Shown piece after piece: positions 8,192 through 17,983 of a stretch of DNA of 64,000 nt; the stretch's first letter is position 1; each line of letters opens with the position of its first letter. The notes beneath the pieces were generated by a model, which saw only the letters and a program-made list of their open reading frames with translations, did no database searches and was not told the origin of the DNA. The position numbers and the translations under genes were made by a program. The stretch lies in contig CAVRKE010000001.1 of the NCBI GenBank assembly GCA_963722305.1, positions 501,549 through 565,548 on the forward strand. The letters are read 5' to 3'. Source of the DNA: Candidatus Levyibacteriota bacterium. Lineage in GTDB: Bacteria; Patescibacteriota; Microgenomatia; Levybacterales; UBA12049.

Positions 8192-10384
8192 ACTATTTGA
8201 ACCAAAAATCTCTTTTATAATTTCTGCCTTTAATTTTGATGTAAGTCTTCTCCTCCTTGTTGGTTTACTCTTTGGATTTCCAAGCTCAGATATTGCCTTA
8301 CGTTTCATTTCTAGTCTTTTTTTCATCGGCATCCCCTGCAACCTAATTATTTGCTTAATAATTGAGTCACGGAGAATTGATGCCATCATGTTGGGATCAT
8401 CCGACTCGGGTAAAACTTCATTTACAATTCCTATATCTAATCCATGTTGTTCTGCTGCGGTAGACTTCATCGAAGGCATTAGTTCTTTAACTTGTTCTGC
8501 TGTAGGATTGGAAACCCTTTTTATTATTGCAGTCTGATTTCTAGGCTCAGCTACAAATATTTTGCTTTTTTTAGGCGCCCCTATAAATTCTCCGAAAGGC
8601 AATATTCCAATCATTCCGCCGCTACCGCCAACACCCCAAATATATCCTATTCCTACCCATTTATGACTATTGACTGCTTCGGTTGATTCGGCAATACTTC
8701 TTGGTTGTCCTTTTCTTTCCGCTTCTATTGTCGGATTGGCTCCTAAAGTATCAATTAACGATACCAACGGCCATTTAAATCTGTCGGCAACTTTTAACAA
8801 CCGAATTATCCGTTGGTAATCTTCCGGCTGTGGACTGGCAGGAATTTTTACTATTTCAAAGCCTCCAGGTTTTTCCGGATTGGGGATTCTTTGGTAAGAA
8901 GGCATGTTGCCGATCATTAACACTGGCTGCGGGCCAATCTTAACAATTGAGGCCACAATTGCCGGATAACGTAAGATTGTGGTTTCATAAGAAGCACCAC
9001 CGTCTTCCGGATAAATTTCGGTGTGCTCAATGTGCCCCTGGTAAAGATTGACAACGTCATTCGGATTGGGAAACATTCTGGTAATCAGTGTTTGCATATC
9101 CGGTCTTTGTGAGTTTCTGACTAGCTCGTCGTATTCCCGAAGCAACCTATCCGCCTCCGGCTCATCTGCAGGAATTTCCGGTTTTGCATCTCTAGGTTGT
9201 TCATAGAACACCCTATCAGGAGAGATAAATCCTTCCAGTTTGAAAGCATCGGCTTTGGTCTCCTCTCCTTCAGTTGGACGAAAATCAGGTTTATTTTCGT
9301 AGGTCAATCTTTGGTGGCTCGGTTTAGTTATTCTGACAAACCTTTGCAAAAAATTTAAAAGCTCTTCTTTGGTTTTGAAAACCAAATCAATTTCCCGGGG
9401 GGTTAAAGCTTGCGCTTCAACACTCTGCTCCCAACCTTCAACAGGTACTTTTGTATAAAATTCCGTTAAGTGTTTACCCGAAAAACCAAAATCATTACCT
9501 TCCAAAGCAACAATAATATCTCCAAGCGGTCCAATACTTGCCGATTCTCCGCCAAATTCCGGACCGATTAGAGCGGTTATATAAGCCCTATCTTTGGCTT
9601 GCTCTTTAAAATCGTGTACCTCCATCACTTGTTTTGGTAATTGAACTAAAGCCACGGTACCTTCATCTTGTCTTGCTCCCGCGGAGGCTAAAAAGCAAAC
9701 CAATGGACGTTCGTGTCTGCCAAGAAGTCTATCCCTAAGATTTCTGCGGCGTGCCAATTCACTAGCTCTTTTGAATTTTTCTCCCGCAACCTGTCCGTTA
9801 GAGCCCCTTTGGAAATCATAATATTTTACATACGCAACTACTTCTACCCCACCCAAATTAGCGTGTCCATAGCATGCTGATTCAGGTTTACCGGTTTTTT
9901 TCTCTTCTTCTCTAAGTCGATCAAAATATCCACGGACCCTTGAAGGAAGATGCGGCTCCACGCCGGCCGGAATATTAGCTTCAACTCTTGTCTCAGCAGA
10001 ACGCTTTAGTCCCATAATGTCCTTTTTTACTCTCATCCAACGGTCAAGTTCATCAAGATGGATATTTCTTACAAGCCAATCTGTGATTTCGACTACTCTA
10101 TCGACAACTTCCTGGCCGTTAAGTTTTGGCCTTGACTCTAACATTGTCTTTGGAAAAGTTACGTTTGGTCTCGCTGGAGTTTCCAGGGGAACATTTCCGG
10201 GCATAATTGATATTTCCGGCCCGGCTTCGGTTCGAGTAAGGCGTACTGTAGTCAATGTCCCATCCGGATTCCGAAGAAGTGCCCTGACTCGGGTAATTTT
10301 GTTAGGGTCAAAATCGGGATGTTCGGCCCTTAGCGTTGACAATATCCATTTACTTGGTTTATTTGGGCCTTGTTCTCTCGCCAT
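8180..10384 (-). CDS. Fused carboxyltransferase, AccD-like (beta) plus AccA-like (alpha) domains, with a ~190-aa unknown N-terminal extension
   Basis: The beta part PLVCFLASAGARQDEG...ITALIGPEFGGESASIGPLGDIIVALEGNDFGFSG aligns with E. coli AccD PLICFSASGGARMQE...LTDPTMGGVSASFAMLGD..IGFAG. The alpha part SQRPD...AIVASIVKIGPQPVLMIG...PEDYQRIIRLLKVADRFKWPLVSLIDTLGANPTIEAERKGQPRSIAES...GVGGSGGMIG aligns with AccA. Confidence 0.75.
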   Translation of the reverse strand: MAREQGPNKPSKWILSTLRAEHPDFDPNKITRVRALLRNPDGTLTTVRLTRTEAGPEISIMPGNVPLETPARPNVTFPKTMLESRPKLNGQEVVDRVVEITDWLVRNIHLDELDRWMRVKKDIMGLKRSAETRVEANIPAGVEPHLPSRVRGYFDRLREEEKKTGKPESACYGHANLGGVEVVAYVKYYDFQRGSNGQVAGEKFKRASELARRRNLRDRLLGRHERPLVCFLASAGARQDEGTVALVQLPKQVMEVHDFKEQAKDRAYITALIGPEFGGESASIGPLGDIIVALEGNDFGFSGKHLTEFYTKVPVEGWEQSVEAQALTPREIDLVFKTKEELLNFLQRFVRITKPSHQRLTYENKPDFRPTEGEETKADAFKLEGFISPDRVFYEQPRDAKPEIPADEPEADRLLREYDELVRNSQRPDMQTLITRMFPNPNDVVNLYQGHIEHTEIYPEDGGASYETTILRYPAIVASIVKIGPQPVLMIGNMPSYQRIPNPEKPGGFEIVKIPASPQPEDYQRIIRLLKVADRFKWPLVSLIDTLGANPTIEAERKGQPRSIAESTEAVNSHKWVGIGYIWGVGGSGGMIGILPFGEFIGAPKKSKIFVAEPRNQTAIIKRVSNPTAEQVKELMPSMKSTAAEQHGLDIGIVNEVLPESDDPNMMASILRDSIIKQIIRLQGMPMKKRLEMKRKAISELGNPKSKPTRRRRLTSKLKAEIIKEIFGSNSLFQ

Positions 10385-10392
10385 AAGGCAGA

Positions 10393-10421
10393 ATTATAGT
10401 CGCGAAATCCTGTAGTGTCAA
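10393..10421 (-). promoter_or_regulatory. Sigma70-type promoter (TTGACA-N17-TATAAT) for the carboxyltransferase gene
   Basis: On the minus strand, TTGACA at 10421-10416 and TATAAT at 10398-10393. The ATG at 10384 lies 8 nt downstream. Confidence 0.55.
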
Positions 10422-10427
10422 ATGAGC

Positions 10428-11531
10428 TTACTTGAGGCCGCCGATGACTTTGACGCGCTGCAAGAGCGAGTCGTCTTCCAATACTTTGCCGGTACCACGG
10501 ACAACCGAAGTTAAAGGGTCTTCACTGCGGACAACCGGAATGTGAGTTCTTTCCACAATCAAATGGTCAAGCCCGGAAAGAAGCGAACCTCCGCCGGTTA
10601 AAAGAATTCCGTGTTCCAGAATATCGCTGGTTAGTTCCGGCGGCGCATCTTCCAGAACAGAGGCCACCGCATCAATAATCTGACTTAAAACCGGCGACAA
10701 CGCTTCCCTGATTTCCACTTCCGTCACTCTTAGGCTCTTTGGTAGTCCGGTTTCAATATCCCTGCCCCTGATAATGGCCACCTTTTCTTCTCTTTTCTCT
10801 TTTTCCCCGTCTTTGCTGTTTGTAGTTTGGGATTTGTGATTTGGGATTTGTTGATATGCGCTGCCAATTTTTATTTTCATTTCCTCGGCGGTTTTTTCAC
10901 CAATCAACAATCCATGTCGAAGTCTGATGTAGTGAGAAATTGCCATGTCCATATCGTCTCCGGCAACTCTTAAAGATTTGGAAACCACAATTCCGCCCAG
11001 GGAAATTATCGCAATTTCGGTGGTTCCCCCCCCAACGTCAATCACCATTACACCGCTAGGTGAAAAAACCGAAATATTTTCGCCGATGGCCGCTGCCATT
11101 GGTTCTTCGATTAAAAAGGCTTCCCTTGCCCCTGAAGATAGTGTCGCTTCCCAAACGGCTCTCCTTTCGACTTCTGTCACCGATGAAGGAATGCCGATTA
11201 CTACTCTGGGCCTGGAAAAAGCCAAAGGGATCGACTTACCGACTTCGTAAACCTGCTGAATATAATAAGAAATCATCGCCATGGTGGCATCAAAATCGGA
11301 AATCACTCCGCCTTTTAAAGGCCTTATTGTCATAATTGCCGCCGGAGTTTTTCCAACCATTTTTTTGGCTTCCATTCCTACCGCAATCACTTTTTTGCTT
11401 TTTTTATGGATGGCCACCACCGAAGGTTCCCTGATCACAATCCCCTTCCCTTTTACAAAAACCAAAGTATTAGCAGTGCCCAAGTCGATACCAATGTCAT
11501 GGGAGAAAAGAGAGAATAGTTTATTGAACAT
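10428..11531 (-). CDS. mreB: Rod shape-determining protein MreB (actin-like ATPase)
   Basis: DIGIDLGTANTLVF, VIDVGGGTTEIAIISLGG, LTGGGSLLSGL. It carries a ~25-aa low-complexity insertion (QQIPNHKSQTTNSKDGEKEKREEK). Confidence 0.9.
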   Translation of the reverse strand: MFNKLFSLFSHDIGIDLGTANTLVFVKGKGIVIREPSVVAIHKKSKKVIAVGMEAKKMVGKTPAAIMTIRPLKGGVISDFDATMAMISYYIQQVYEVGKSIPLAFSRPRVVIGIPSSVTEVERRAVWEATLSSGAREAFLIEEPMAAAIGENISVFSPSGVMVIDVGGGTTEIAIISLGGIVVSKSLRVAGDDMDMAISHYIRLRHGLLIGEKTAEEMKIKIGSAYQQIPNHKSQTTNSKDGEKEKREEKVAIIRGRDIETGLPKSLRVTEVEIREALSPVLSQIIDAVASVLEDAPPELTSDILEHGILLTGGGSLLSGLDHLIVERTHIPVVRSEDPLTSVVRGTGKVLEDDSLLQRVKVIGGLK

Positions 11532-11540
11532 AGATAAGAA

Positions 11541-11646
11541 CTTCTAATTTAAAATTTCTAATTTCTAATCAAGTCCAAATGACTTAATTTTAAAATTGAA
11601 GCATTTAAACATTCATTGAAAATTAAAAATTGAGAATTGAAAATTT
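11541..11646. repeat. AT-rich ~100-bp palindromic intergenic repeat, copy 2
   Basis: Same element and orientation as 5854..5954, lying just upstream of the mreB start. Confidence 0.7.
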
Positions 11647-11710
11647 CTATACCATAATAGCATCTTGCGGTACTTTTTCCAATATGCTAGGATTACTCTA
11701 ATTCCTATAG

Positions 11711-14209
11711 ATGAGATTATTAAATTTTTGTAACAAGGTCATTGAATATTCCTTTTACCTGCTTTTCTTCCTGGTGCCGCTGGCTTTTACCAACGACACC
11801 TCCGAACTTTTCGAGTTTAATAAGCTCTGGGTAACCTTTATTATTACCCTTGTCATTGCCGCCGCCTGGACTACCAAAATAGTTATCAAAAGGCAATTAC
11901 GGATCCAGAAAACCCCTTTGGATATCCCCATCGTCCTATTTTTAGCCTCGGAAATTATCTCCACCTTCCTTTCTTTAGACCCGCACACTTCAATCTGGGG
12001 CTATTATTCAAGGTTTAACGGCGGACTACTCTCAATTATCTCCTACATCTTCCTGTATTATGCTTTTGTTTCCAACCTGAAAGAGGAAGAAACGGAAGAA
12101 AAAGTAAAATTAGGACTGAAAAAGGTTTATATTTTTATTATTGGCGTTGTCGCCTTCTTTATCGGCGCCCTGGTTTCTTCGCAAATCAAAAGCTCACAAA
12201 GTGCGGATATTCCCTACCAATTGCTGATGAATTTGCTAACCGTTTTTGTTTCCTTCGCCATTTTGATGAAAGCCGCACCGCAAGGAATTATCAAACGCTC
12301 AATTTTTGCCATTCTTTCTTCCTGTTTACTGGTTGTATTATGGGGCCTTCCTTCTCATTTCGGTTATGATCCAACCTGCCTCTTGTTTAGGGGCACCTTT
12401 GACGTTTCCTGCTGGACAAACGAATTCCAACCCAAAGTGCGCATTTTCTCAACTCTTGGGCAACCCGACTGGATGGCAGCATATCTGGCTGCTTTAATTC
12501 CTTTAATCGGAGCTTTATTTATTAATTCTGTTTCCGAAAGTAAGATTATTTTTAGTAAAAGCTTATCTTTCTTTAAAGATAAAAACTTTATCATCTCGGC
12601 CTCTCTTTTTATCTTTTTTGTTATCACGTACCTCGCATTACTGTATACCGTCTCCCGTTCAGCAGTGCTGGCTATTTGGTTGTCAATTCTCCTTTTCTTA
12701 GTCTGGTTTTTCTGGTTTTATATTAAACCGCGCTTTGATCTAAAAAAACTAAACCTTGATTTTAAAACCGCCATACTGCTGTTTGTGAGCGTTGGGGTTA
12801 TCACTTTTTTTGCGGGACAACCCTTTGGCCAACTGAATAAATTCTCGTTTAGTTATCTGACTTCGCTTTTTGCCAGGCCGCCGACTTCAACTAAAACTGT
12901 CGCTAAGCCGGCCGCAGTTGCGCCGGTGACTTTACCCCCCGGCTCAAGCGGAGAACTTGGTGGAACCGATTCGGGCAAAATCAGACTGTTGGTTTGGGAT
13001 GGGGCAATCGACATCTGGAAACACAATTTACTCTTCGGCAGCGGTTTGGAAACTTACGCCTACGCCTATTATCAATACCGGCCTGCCGCCCACAACCTGA
13101 CGTCAGAATGGAAGTATCTTTATAACAAAGCACATAACGAATATTTGAATTACTTGGCAACGACCGGAACTGTCGGCATTGTCACCTACCTACTGATGAT
13201 TGGCAGCTTTTTGTTTCTGTCACTTCACTACTTGCTTAAAAAAAGAAGCCGACTTTCACGCAAAGACTTGATTATTGTTTCCCTGCTGGCTGGCTATTGT
13301 ACGATTTTGGTCACCAACTTCTTAGGCTTCTCTGTAGTGATGATTAATATTTTGTTCTATCTTTTCCCCGCGTTTATTTTTATCTTGGCCGGCAAAATAA
13401 ATTATAACAAAGCTTATTCTCTTCCCTCTTTTGCAAAAGATGTCTATGTTTTAAGCAAACTGCAAAAGGCCTTAATTGTAATTGCAGTCGTAGTTTCATT
13501 GTACTTGATTTACGTTTTAGTAAACTTCTGGAACGCTGACAGAAATTATTACTACGGCATGAATTATGACCAGGCCGGAGATTATCAACAAGCCTATCCG
13601 TATCTGCGCCAAGCGGTAACATTAAGGCCAAGCGAACCCACTTTTAAGGACGAGTCTTCTTATAATAACGCCGTGCTCGGAGCCAGCCTCTTAGTTCAGG
13701 CACAGAAACAACCGCAAGACCAGCAACAGCAAGCCCAGACCGTGGCCAAACAATTAATCGATACCGCCATCGGTTACTCTAATGAAGTCACTAGCACTCA
13801 TCCAAATGACATTGTTTTTTGGAAAACCAGAGTCAGGGTATTTTATACGCTCGGGCAATTAGACCCAAGCTATCTTCCGCTGGCTTTAGAGGCAATTAAA
13901 AAAGCGGCAGAGTTAGCTCCAACCGATGCGGATGTTTCCTATAATTTAGGCGTTTTATATGGCCAGAATGGAGACATCAAAGATGCCGTAAACACTTTGG
14001 AAAATACAATCAGATTAAAATCGGATTACTCAAACGCCTATTATGCCTTAGGAATTTTCTACCATCAACTGGCACTTAACTCCAGCGGAAAAGTGGTTGA
14101 CCAAAGTTACAACCAAAAAGGCATCGCCGAAATGAAGTTGCTTATAAAATATTTTGGGCCGAATAAGAATGCGTCGGACGCCATCGCTGCCTGGGGCGGA
14201 GGTAAATAA
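11711..14209 (+). CDS. O-antigen ligase (Wzy_C)-like polytopic membrane protein with C-terminal TPR repeats
   Basis: More than 10 predicted TM helices. The motif NKAHNEYLNYLATTG is typical of the O-antigen ligase family. The C-terminal ~230 aa carry TPR-like repeats (AYPYLRQAVTLRP.., YNLGVLYGQNGDIKDAV.., YYALGIFY..). Confidence 0.7.
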   Translation: MRLLNFCNKVIEYSFYLLFFLVPLAFTNDTSELFEFNKLWVTFIITLVIAAAWTTKIVIKRQLRIQKTPLDIPIVLFLASEIISTFLSLDPHTSIWGYYSRFNGGLLSIISYIFLYYAFVSNLKEEETEEKVKLGLKKVYIFIIGVVAFFIGALVSSQIKSSQSADIPYQLLMNLLTVFVSFAILMKAAPQGIIKRSIFAILSSCLLVVLWGLPSHFGYDPTCLLFRGTFDVSCWTNEFQPKVRIFSTLGQPDWMAAYLAALIPLIGALFINSVSESKIIFSKSLSFFKDKNFIISASLFIFFVITYLALLYTVSRSAVLAIWLSILLFLVWFFWFYIKPRFDLKKLNLDFKTAILLFVSVGVITFFAGQPFGQLNKFSFSYLTSLFARPPTSTKTVAKPAAVAPVTLPPGSSGELGGTDSGKIRLLVWDGAIDIWKHNLLFGSGLETYAYAYYQYRPAAHNLTSEWKYLYNKAHNEYLNYLATTGTVGIVTYLLMIGSFLFLSLHYLLKKRSRLSRKDLIIVSLLAGYCTILVTNFLGFSVVMINILFYLFPAFIFILAGKINYNKAYSLPSFAKDVYVLSKLQKALIVIAVVVSLYLIYVLVNFWNADRNYYYGMNYDQAGDYQQAYPYLRQAVTLRPSEPTFKDESSYNNAVLGASLLVQAQKQPQDQQQQAQTVAKQLIDTAIGYSNEVTSTHPNDIVFWKTRVRVFYTLGQLDPSYLPLALEAIKKAAELAPTDADVSYNLGVLYGQNGDIKDAVNTLENTIRLKSDYSNAYYALGIFYHQLALNSSGKVVDQSYNQKGIAEMKLLIKYFGPNKNASDAIAAWGGGK

Positions 14210-14249
14210 GATTTTTCCCAAAGCCCATTACACTGAAAGTTAAATAACA

Positions 14250-14795
14250 ATGTTAGACATCATCAAAGCCCCCAATCCGATACTCTCTTTACAGGCAAAA
14301 CCGGTTGCCAAAGTTGATAAGGCGGTTTTGAACCTGATTGAGCAGATGGAACAGGCTCTTAATGCGGCTTTTGATCCGGTCGGAGTGGGACTGGCGGCGC
14401 CGCAAGTCGGTAAAAGTTTGCAGCTATTTATTGTCAAACCAACCAGTAAATCCCCTATCTCTGTTTTTATCAACCCTAAAATCACGGCCAAAAAGCCTTT
14501 GCTTTCCGAAAACGAAGAAAATAAAAAACCCTATAAACTTGAAGGCTGTCTATCGCTTAAGGATATTTGGGGCGAAGTACAAAGGTCACCGGAAATTGTA
14601 CTTGAATATCTGGACCAAACGGGAAAACTCCATAAACGAAAGCTCAGCGGTTTTATGGCCATCATTATCCAACACGAATATGACCATTTGGAAGGAATTC
14701 TTTTCCCCAAACGGGTGCTCGAACAAGGCGGAACACTCTATGAATCTCACAAAAACTCCAAGGGTGAGGACGAATTTGAAGAGCTTAAAATCTAG
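14250..14795 (+). CDS. def: Peptide deformylase
   Basis: Motifs GVGLAAPQVG, EGCLS and HEYDHLEG. Confidence 0.9.
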   Translation: MLDIIKAPNPILSLQAKPVAKVDKAVLNLIEQMEQALNAAFDPVGVGLAAPQVGKSLQLFIVKPTSKSPISVFINPKITAKKPLLSENEENKKPYKLEGCLSLKDIWGEVQRSPEIVLEYLDQTGKLHKRKLSGFMAIIIQHEYDHLEGILFPKRVLEQGGTLYESHKNSKGEDEFEELKI

Positions 14796-15379
14796 AGGAA
14801 GTTGAATTCTAATTTTGTTGTCTTTGAGTTGGCAACTTGCTGTTTGGAATTTCGGATGTATTTGCGGTAGTGTTTTTGGACAATCACTTTATTGTAATCG
14901 CTGACTTTCTGAATGAACTCGATTCCCTGCAGGTGGTCGTATTCATGTTGGATGACCCGCGCCATAATTCCGTTGCAAAGAAGAGTGAACTTTCGGCCAT
15001 TCTCGTCAAACGCTTCAATCTGAACTTCTTTTGGACGCAGCACCGGTCCGAAAATTCCGCCGTCGTCCAAACTGCCGCAGCCTTCATAAATTACACTTTT
15101 AGCTTTCGATTGGAAAGTAATTTTCGGGTTAATAAAAACTCTTAGTTTATCAGCTTTGAAGGTTTTTCTCGCGCCGGTGTCTCTTGGATGAGTAACAAAA
15201 ATTTGGTAATTTTCCGCAATTTGAGGACAGGCAATGCCGATTAAATCCACTTTGTACATTGTATCGCAAAGGTCTTTGACTAACTTTCGTACTTTAGCTA
15301 ATTTGAAATTTGATATTTGCTTATTTGCTGATTTTAATCTCGGATCCCCCGCTTCAATCACTTTTCTTATCATAAACAA
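14792..15379 (-). CDS. def: Peptide deformylase, second paralog
   Basis: Motifs IGIACPQIA, EGCGSL and QHEYDHLQG. It is convergent with the first def, and the two stop codons share the palindrome CTAG at 14792-14795. Confidence 0.85.
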   Translation of the reverse strand: MFMIRKVIEAGDPRLKSANKQISNFKLAKVRKLVKDLCDTMYKVDLIGIACPQIAENYQIFVTHPRDTGARKTFKADKLRVFINPKITFQSKAKSVIYEGCGSLDDGGIFGPVLRPKEVQIEAFDENGRKFTLLCNGIMARVIQHEYDHLQGIEFIQKVSDYNKVIVQKHYRKYIRNSKQQVANSKTTKLEFNFL

Positions 15380-15384
15380 TAAAA

Positions 15385-15942
15385 TTATCTTGGTCTTGAA
15401 CTAATTTTAATCCTGCGTAATGTCCCGTCGGGCATTAATCGTGCTAAAAATCTTCTCTTATTAAAACCCCACGCTTCTCCAACTAGTCTTCCTTGGGCTT
15501 CCCAGTTATGTCTAATCATCCCTTCTCTTTCTAATCTTTTGTCTTCAAGATAGCTCTCCCACGATTTGGCTAATTCTAGATTACTCGCCAACACCACGAA
15601 ACCTTGTCTACTACCCGCAGTGCCGGTCACAGTGGTAATATCTGTAAACTTGTGAACAGCGTCAAGTACTCCCCGTATGAACGCTGCTTCTGGCGTTTGA
15701 CCGCTACGATCAGGTGCCGGATCAATCTCAGAAGCTAGTCCTTCGAGCTCAACAATGGCGGGAAACACTTCTGACTCACTTCTGACCACAATACTTCCTG
15801 AAGAAAGTCCTTCGAGGAATTGTGCAACATTAGCTTCGTGAAGTATCCCTCCCGTCCCGACTTGAGCATCTTGCCCGCCAGCTTCTCTGGCATCTGACAC
15901 TGCACCATGATTTACTTGTCTACCTAATTCTCCGTTATTCAT
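15385..15942 (-). CDS. Hypothetical protein
   Basis: 185-aa ORF with its own TTGACT-N17-TAAAGT promoter (15981-15953), 10 nt before the ATG. No recognised motif. Confidence 0.5.
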   Translation of the reverse strand: MNNGELGRQVNHGAVSDAREAGGQDAQVGTGGILHEANVAQFLEGLSSGSIVVRSESEVFPAIVELEGLASEIDPAPDRSGQTPEAAFIRGVLDAVHKFTDITTVTGTAGSRQGFVVLASNLELAKSWESYLEDKRLEREGMIRHNWEAQGRLVGEAWGFNKRRFLARLMPDGTLRRIKISSRPR

Positions 15943-15994
15943 TGGAGCATAAACTTTACCACTATAAGATGATTAAGTCAAGCGAAATCCTTAC

Positions 15995-17093
15995 GGTACA
16001 TTCTAGCTCGAAGTGCAACGATTTGAGGTTTTTGTATTCTGCATGATTTCTCCTAAAACTTCAAGTGGTATTTTCCAATCCAAACATTTTCTGGGCGTAT
16101 TATTCAGTTCCCATTCAATTAAAGCAACGTCTCTTTCGGTAATTAGATCCATGCTTATGCCTTTAGGAATAAAACGCCTGATTCTTCCATTCATATTTTC
16201 AACCGTTCCTTTTTCCCAGGAGTGATATGCATGACAGAAATATACAGACATGTCTAAGCTCTCCGTAATTTGTTTATGTTTGGTATTTTCAGCTCCATTG
16301 TCAGCAGTCAGAGTTTTTCTGATTTTGTCAGGAAAACGACTCATTCTAGCAAACAGTTTCTTAGTTTTTTCATCTGCTGTTTTAGCAGCTAGCTTTGACA
16401 TAACAGTAAGCCTTAGTTTTCTTTCAACCGTTACTGACAGGGCAGTCTTGTCAGTTTGGCGGCCTATCACATTATCTGTCTCCCAATGGCCAAGTTGTAA
16501 TCTTGTGTCAATCGATTTGGGTCTACTATCAATCGAAATAGCTTCAGGAATACGGCTATCTCTATTAACCCTTCTTCCCAGCTTTTTCATTCTTTTCTTG
16601 CGTTTTACTGTTAGATATTGCCAGAGCTTAAATTGCTTGTTCTGTGGTTTGTAGATTGCCTGATAAATAGTTTCATGGACAATTGAAAGATCGGGATGAT
16701 CTTTTGACAATCTTCCGGCAATTGTTTCAGGAGACCACTGTTTCTCTATTAGTTTCTTTTTAACATAAGAGTAGACCTCCGGTCCTTTCCAGGATGCTTG
16801 AGAGCGTTGAATAGCTGCTCTCTTATCAGCTTTTTGTTGTGCACGGCAGGGAATATATACGGCTGAAGTTTTCTCCAATCCCTTGGTATATGTTCTGTTT
16901 CTTTTGAGTTCACGAGACAGAGTGCCTTTGTTTCGTCCTAATTTATCTGCAATATCTCCCAGACTTAGTCCTGCATGCTTAAGCGCATAAAGCTCTTCCC
17001 GCTCTACAAGAGTTAAATGATTATACATAGCGCAACACCTCCTTTCGGTAATTGATTTTACCTCAAGTGTTGCACTTCGTTTTAGAACCTACC
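15995..17093 (-). mobile_element. IS30-family insertion sequence (1099 bp)
   Basis: Terminal IRs GGTACATTCTAGCTCGAAGTGCAAC (15995-) and rc GGTAGGTTCTAAAACGAAGTGCAAC (-17093). A 3-bp direct repeat TAC lies at 15992-15994 and 17094-17096. The element sits between the def genes and fmt. Confidence 0.8.
16003..17028 (-). CDS. IS30-family transposase
   Basis: 341 aa. N-terminal HTH (LTLVEREELYALKHAGLSLGDIADKLGRNKGTLSRELKRN) and a DDE core (HWETDNV.., TADNGAEN.., WEKGTVENMNG). Confidence 0.9.
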   Translation of the reverse strand: MYNHLTLVEREELYALKHAGLSLGDIADKLGRNKGTLSRELKRNRTYTKGLEKTSAVYIPCRAQQKADKRAAIQRSQASWKGPEVYSYVKKKLIEKQWSPETIAGRLSKDHPDLSIVHETIYQAIYKPQNKQFKLWQYLTVKRKKRMKKLGRRVNRDSRIPEAISIDSRPKSIDTRLQLGHWETDNVIGRQTDKTALSVTVERKLRLTVMSKLAAKTADEKTKKLFARMSRFPDKIRKTLTADNGAENTKHKQITESLDMSVYFCHAYHSWEKGTVENMNGRIRRFIPKGISMDLITERDVALIEWELNNTPRKCLDWKIPLEVLGEIMQNTKTSNRCTSS

Positions 17094-17137
17094 TACCTCT
17101 TTATACTAAATTCTAAATCCACTATACTAAATACGGT

Positions 17138-17983
17138 ATGAAAGCAGTCTTTTTTGGCTCATCAAGATATATCGTCCCCGTTTTGGAAATGATTTATAAT
17201 AATTTTGACCTGCCTTTGGTTGTTACTACCGAACAAAACCGCGTGGACCCCATTCCCTTCTATTGCGCGTCCAAAAAGATTAACTTTCTTAAAGTTAGAA
17301 AATCTGCCGACATGATTTCCAATTATGAAATCGGGCAAACCATGGCCAACATTGGCATCGTTGCCGACTTCGGCGTTTTGGTTCCCGATTCCCTGTTGAA
17401 TGTTTTTCCCTATGGAATTGTGAATATTCACCCATCCCTACTGCCAAAATACCGGGGTCCAACACCTGTGCAAAGCGCCATTTTAAACGGAGACACGGAA
17501 ACCGGCGTTACCATCATTAAGCTTGACAAATATCTCGACCACGGACCGGTCGTCGCCCAAGTCAAGGAAGAAATAAAAGAAAATGATACTGCCAAATCTT
17601 TGTATGAAAGGCTTTTTAAAATCGGCGGGGAGCTTTTAATAAGGACTCTTAGCCGCTTTGAAAATGCCGAGTCTCTGATGATACCGCAAAACCATGAAAA
17701 CGCCACTTTTACCAAACCGCTGACTAAAGACGACGGTTTTGTCGAACTGACAAGCGTCGTCGGCGGAAAAAGTTTTTTCGAAAGAATGGTTCGGGCTTAT
17801 TATCCCTGGCCGGGAGTTTGGACTAAAGCGCTGATTAATGGCCAAATGCTGTTGATTAAATTCTTGCCGGAGAAAAAAATACAGGTTGAGGGCGGAAATG
17901 AAATGGGCTATAAAGACTTTTTGAATGGCTACGCGGATAAAGCGGAGAAAAATTTGTTGGAGTTTTTGAAGAGAGAACTTTAA
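17138..17983 (+). CDS. fmt: Methionyl-tRNA formyltransferase
   Basis: The segment HPSLLPKYRGPTPVQSAILNGDTETGVTIIKL is followed by a C-terminal Formyl_trans_C-like region. The def genes lie nearby. Confidence 0.85.
   Translation: MKAVFFGSSRYIVPVLEMIYNNFDLPLVVTTEQNRVDPIPFYCASKKINFLKVRKSADMISNYEIGQTMANIGIVADFGVLVPDSLLNVFPYGIVNIHPSLLPKYRGPTPVQSAILNGDTETGVTIIKLDKYLDHGPVVAQVKEEIKENDTAKSLYERLFKIGGELLIRTLSRFENAESLMIPQNHENATFTKPLTKDDGFVELTSVVGGKSFFERMVRAYYPWPGVWTKALINGQMLLIKFLPEKKIQVEGGNEMGYKDFLNGYADKAEKNLLEFLKREL

Noticed and set aside
14338-14805. The 155-aa ORF overlapping def in another frame
   Set aside because: The def frame carries all three deformylase motifs. The alternative frame has none.
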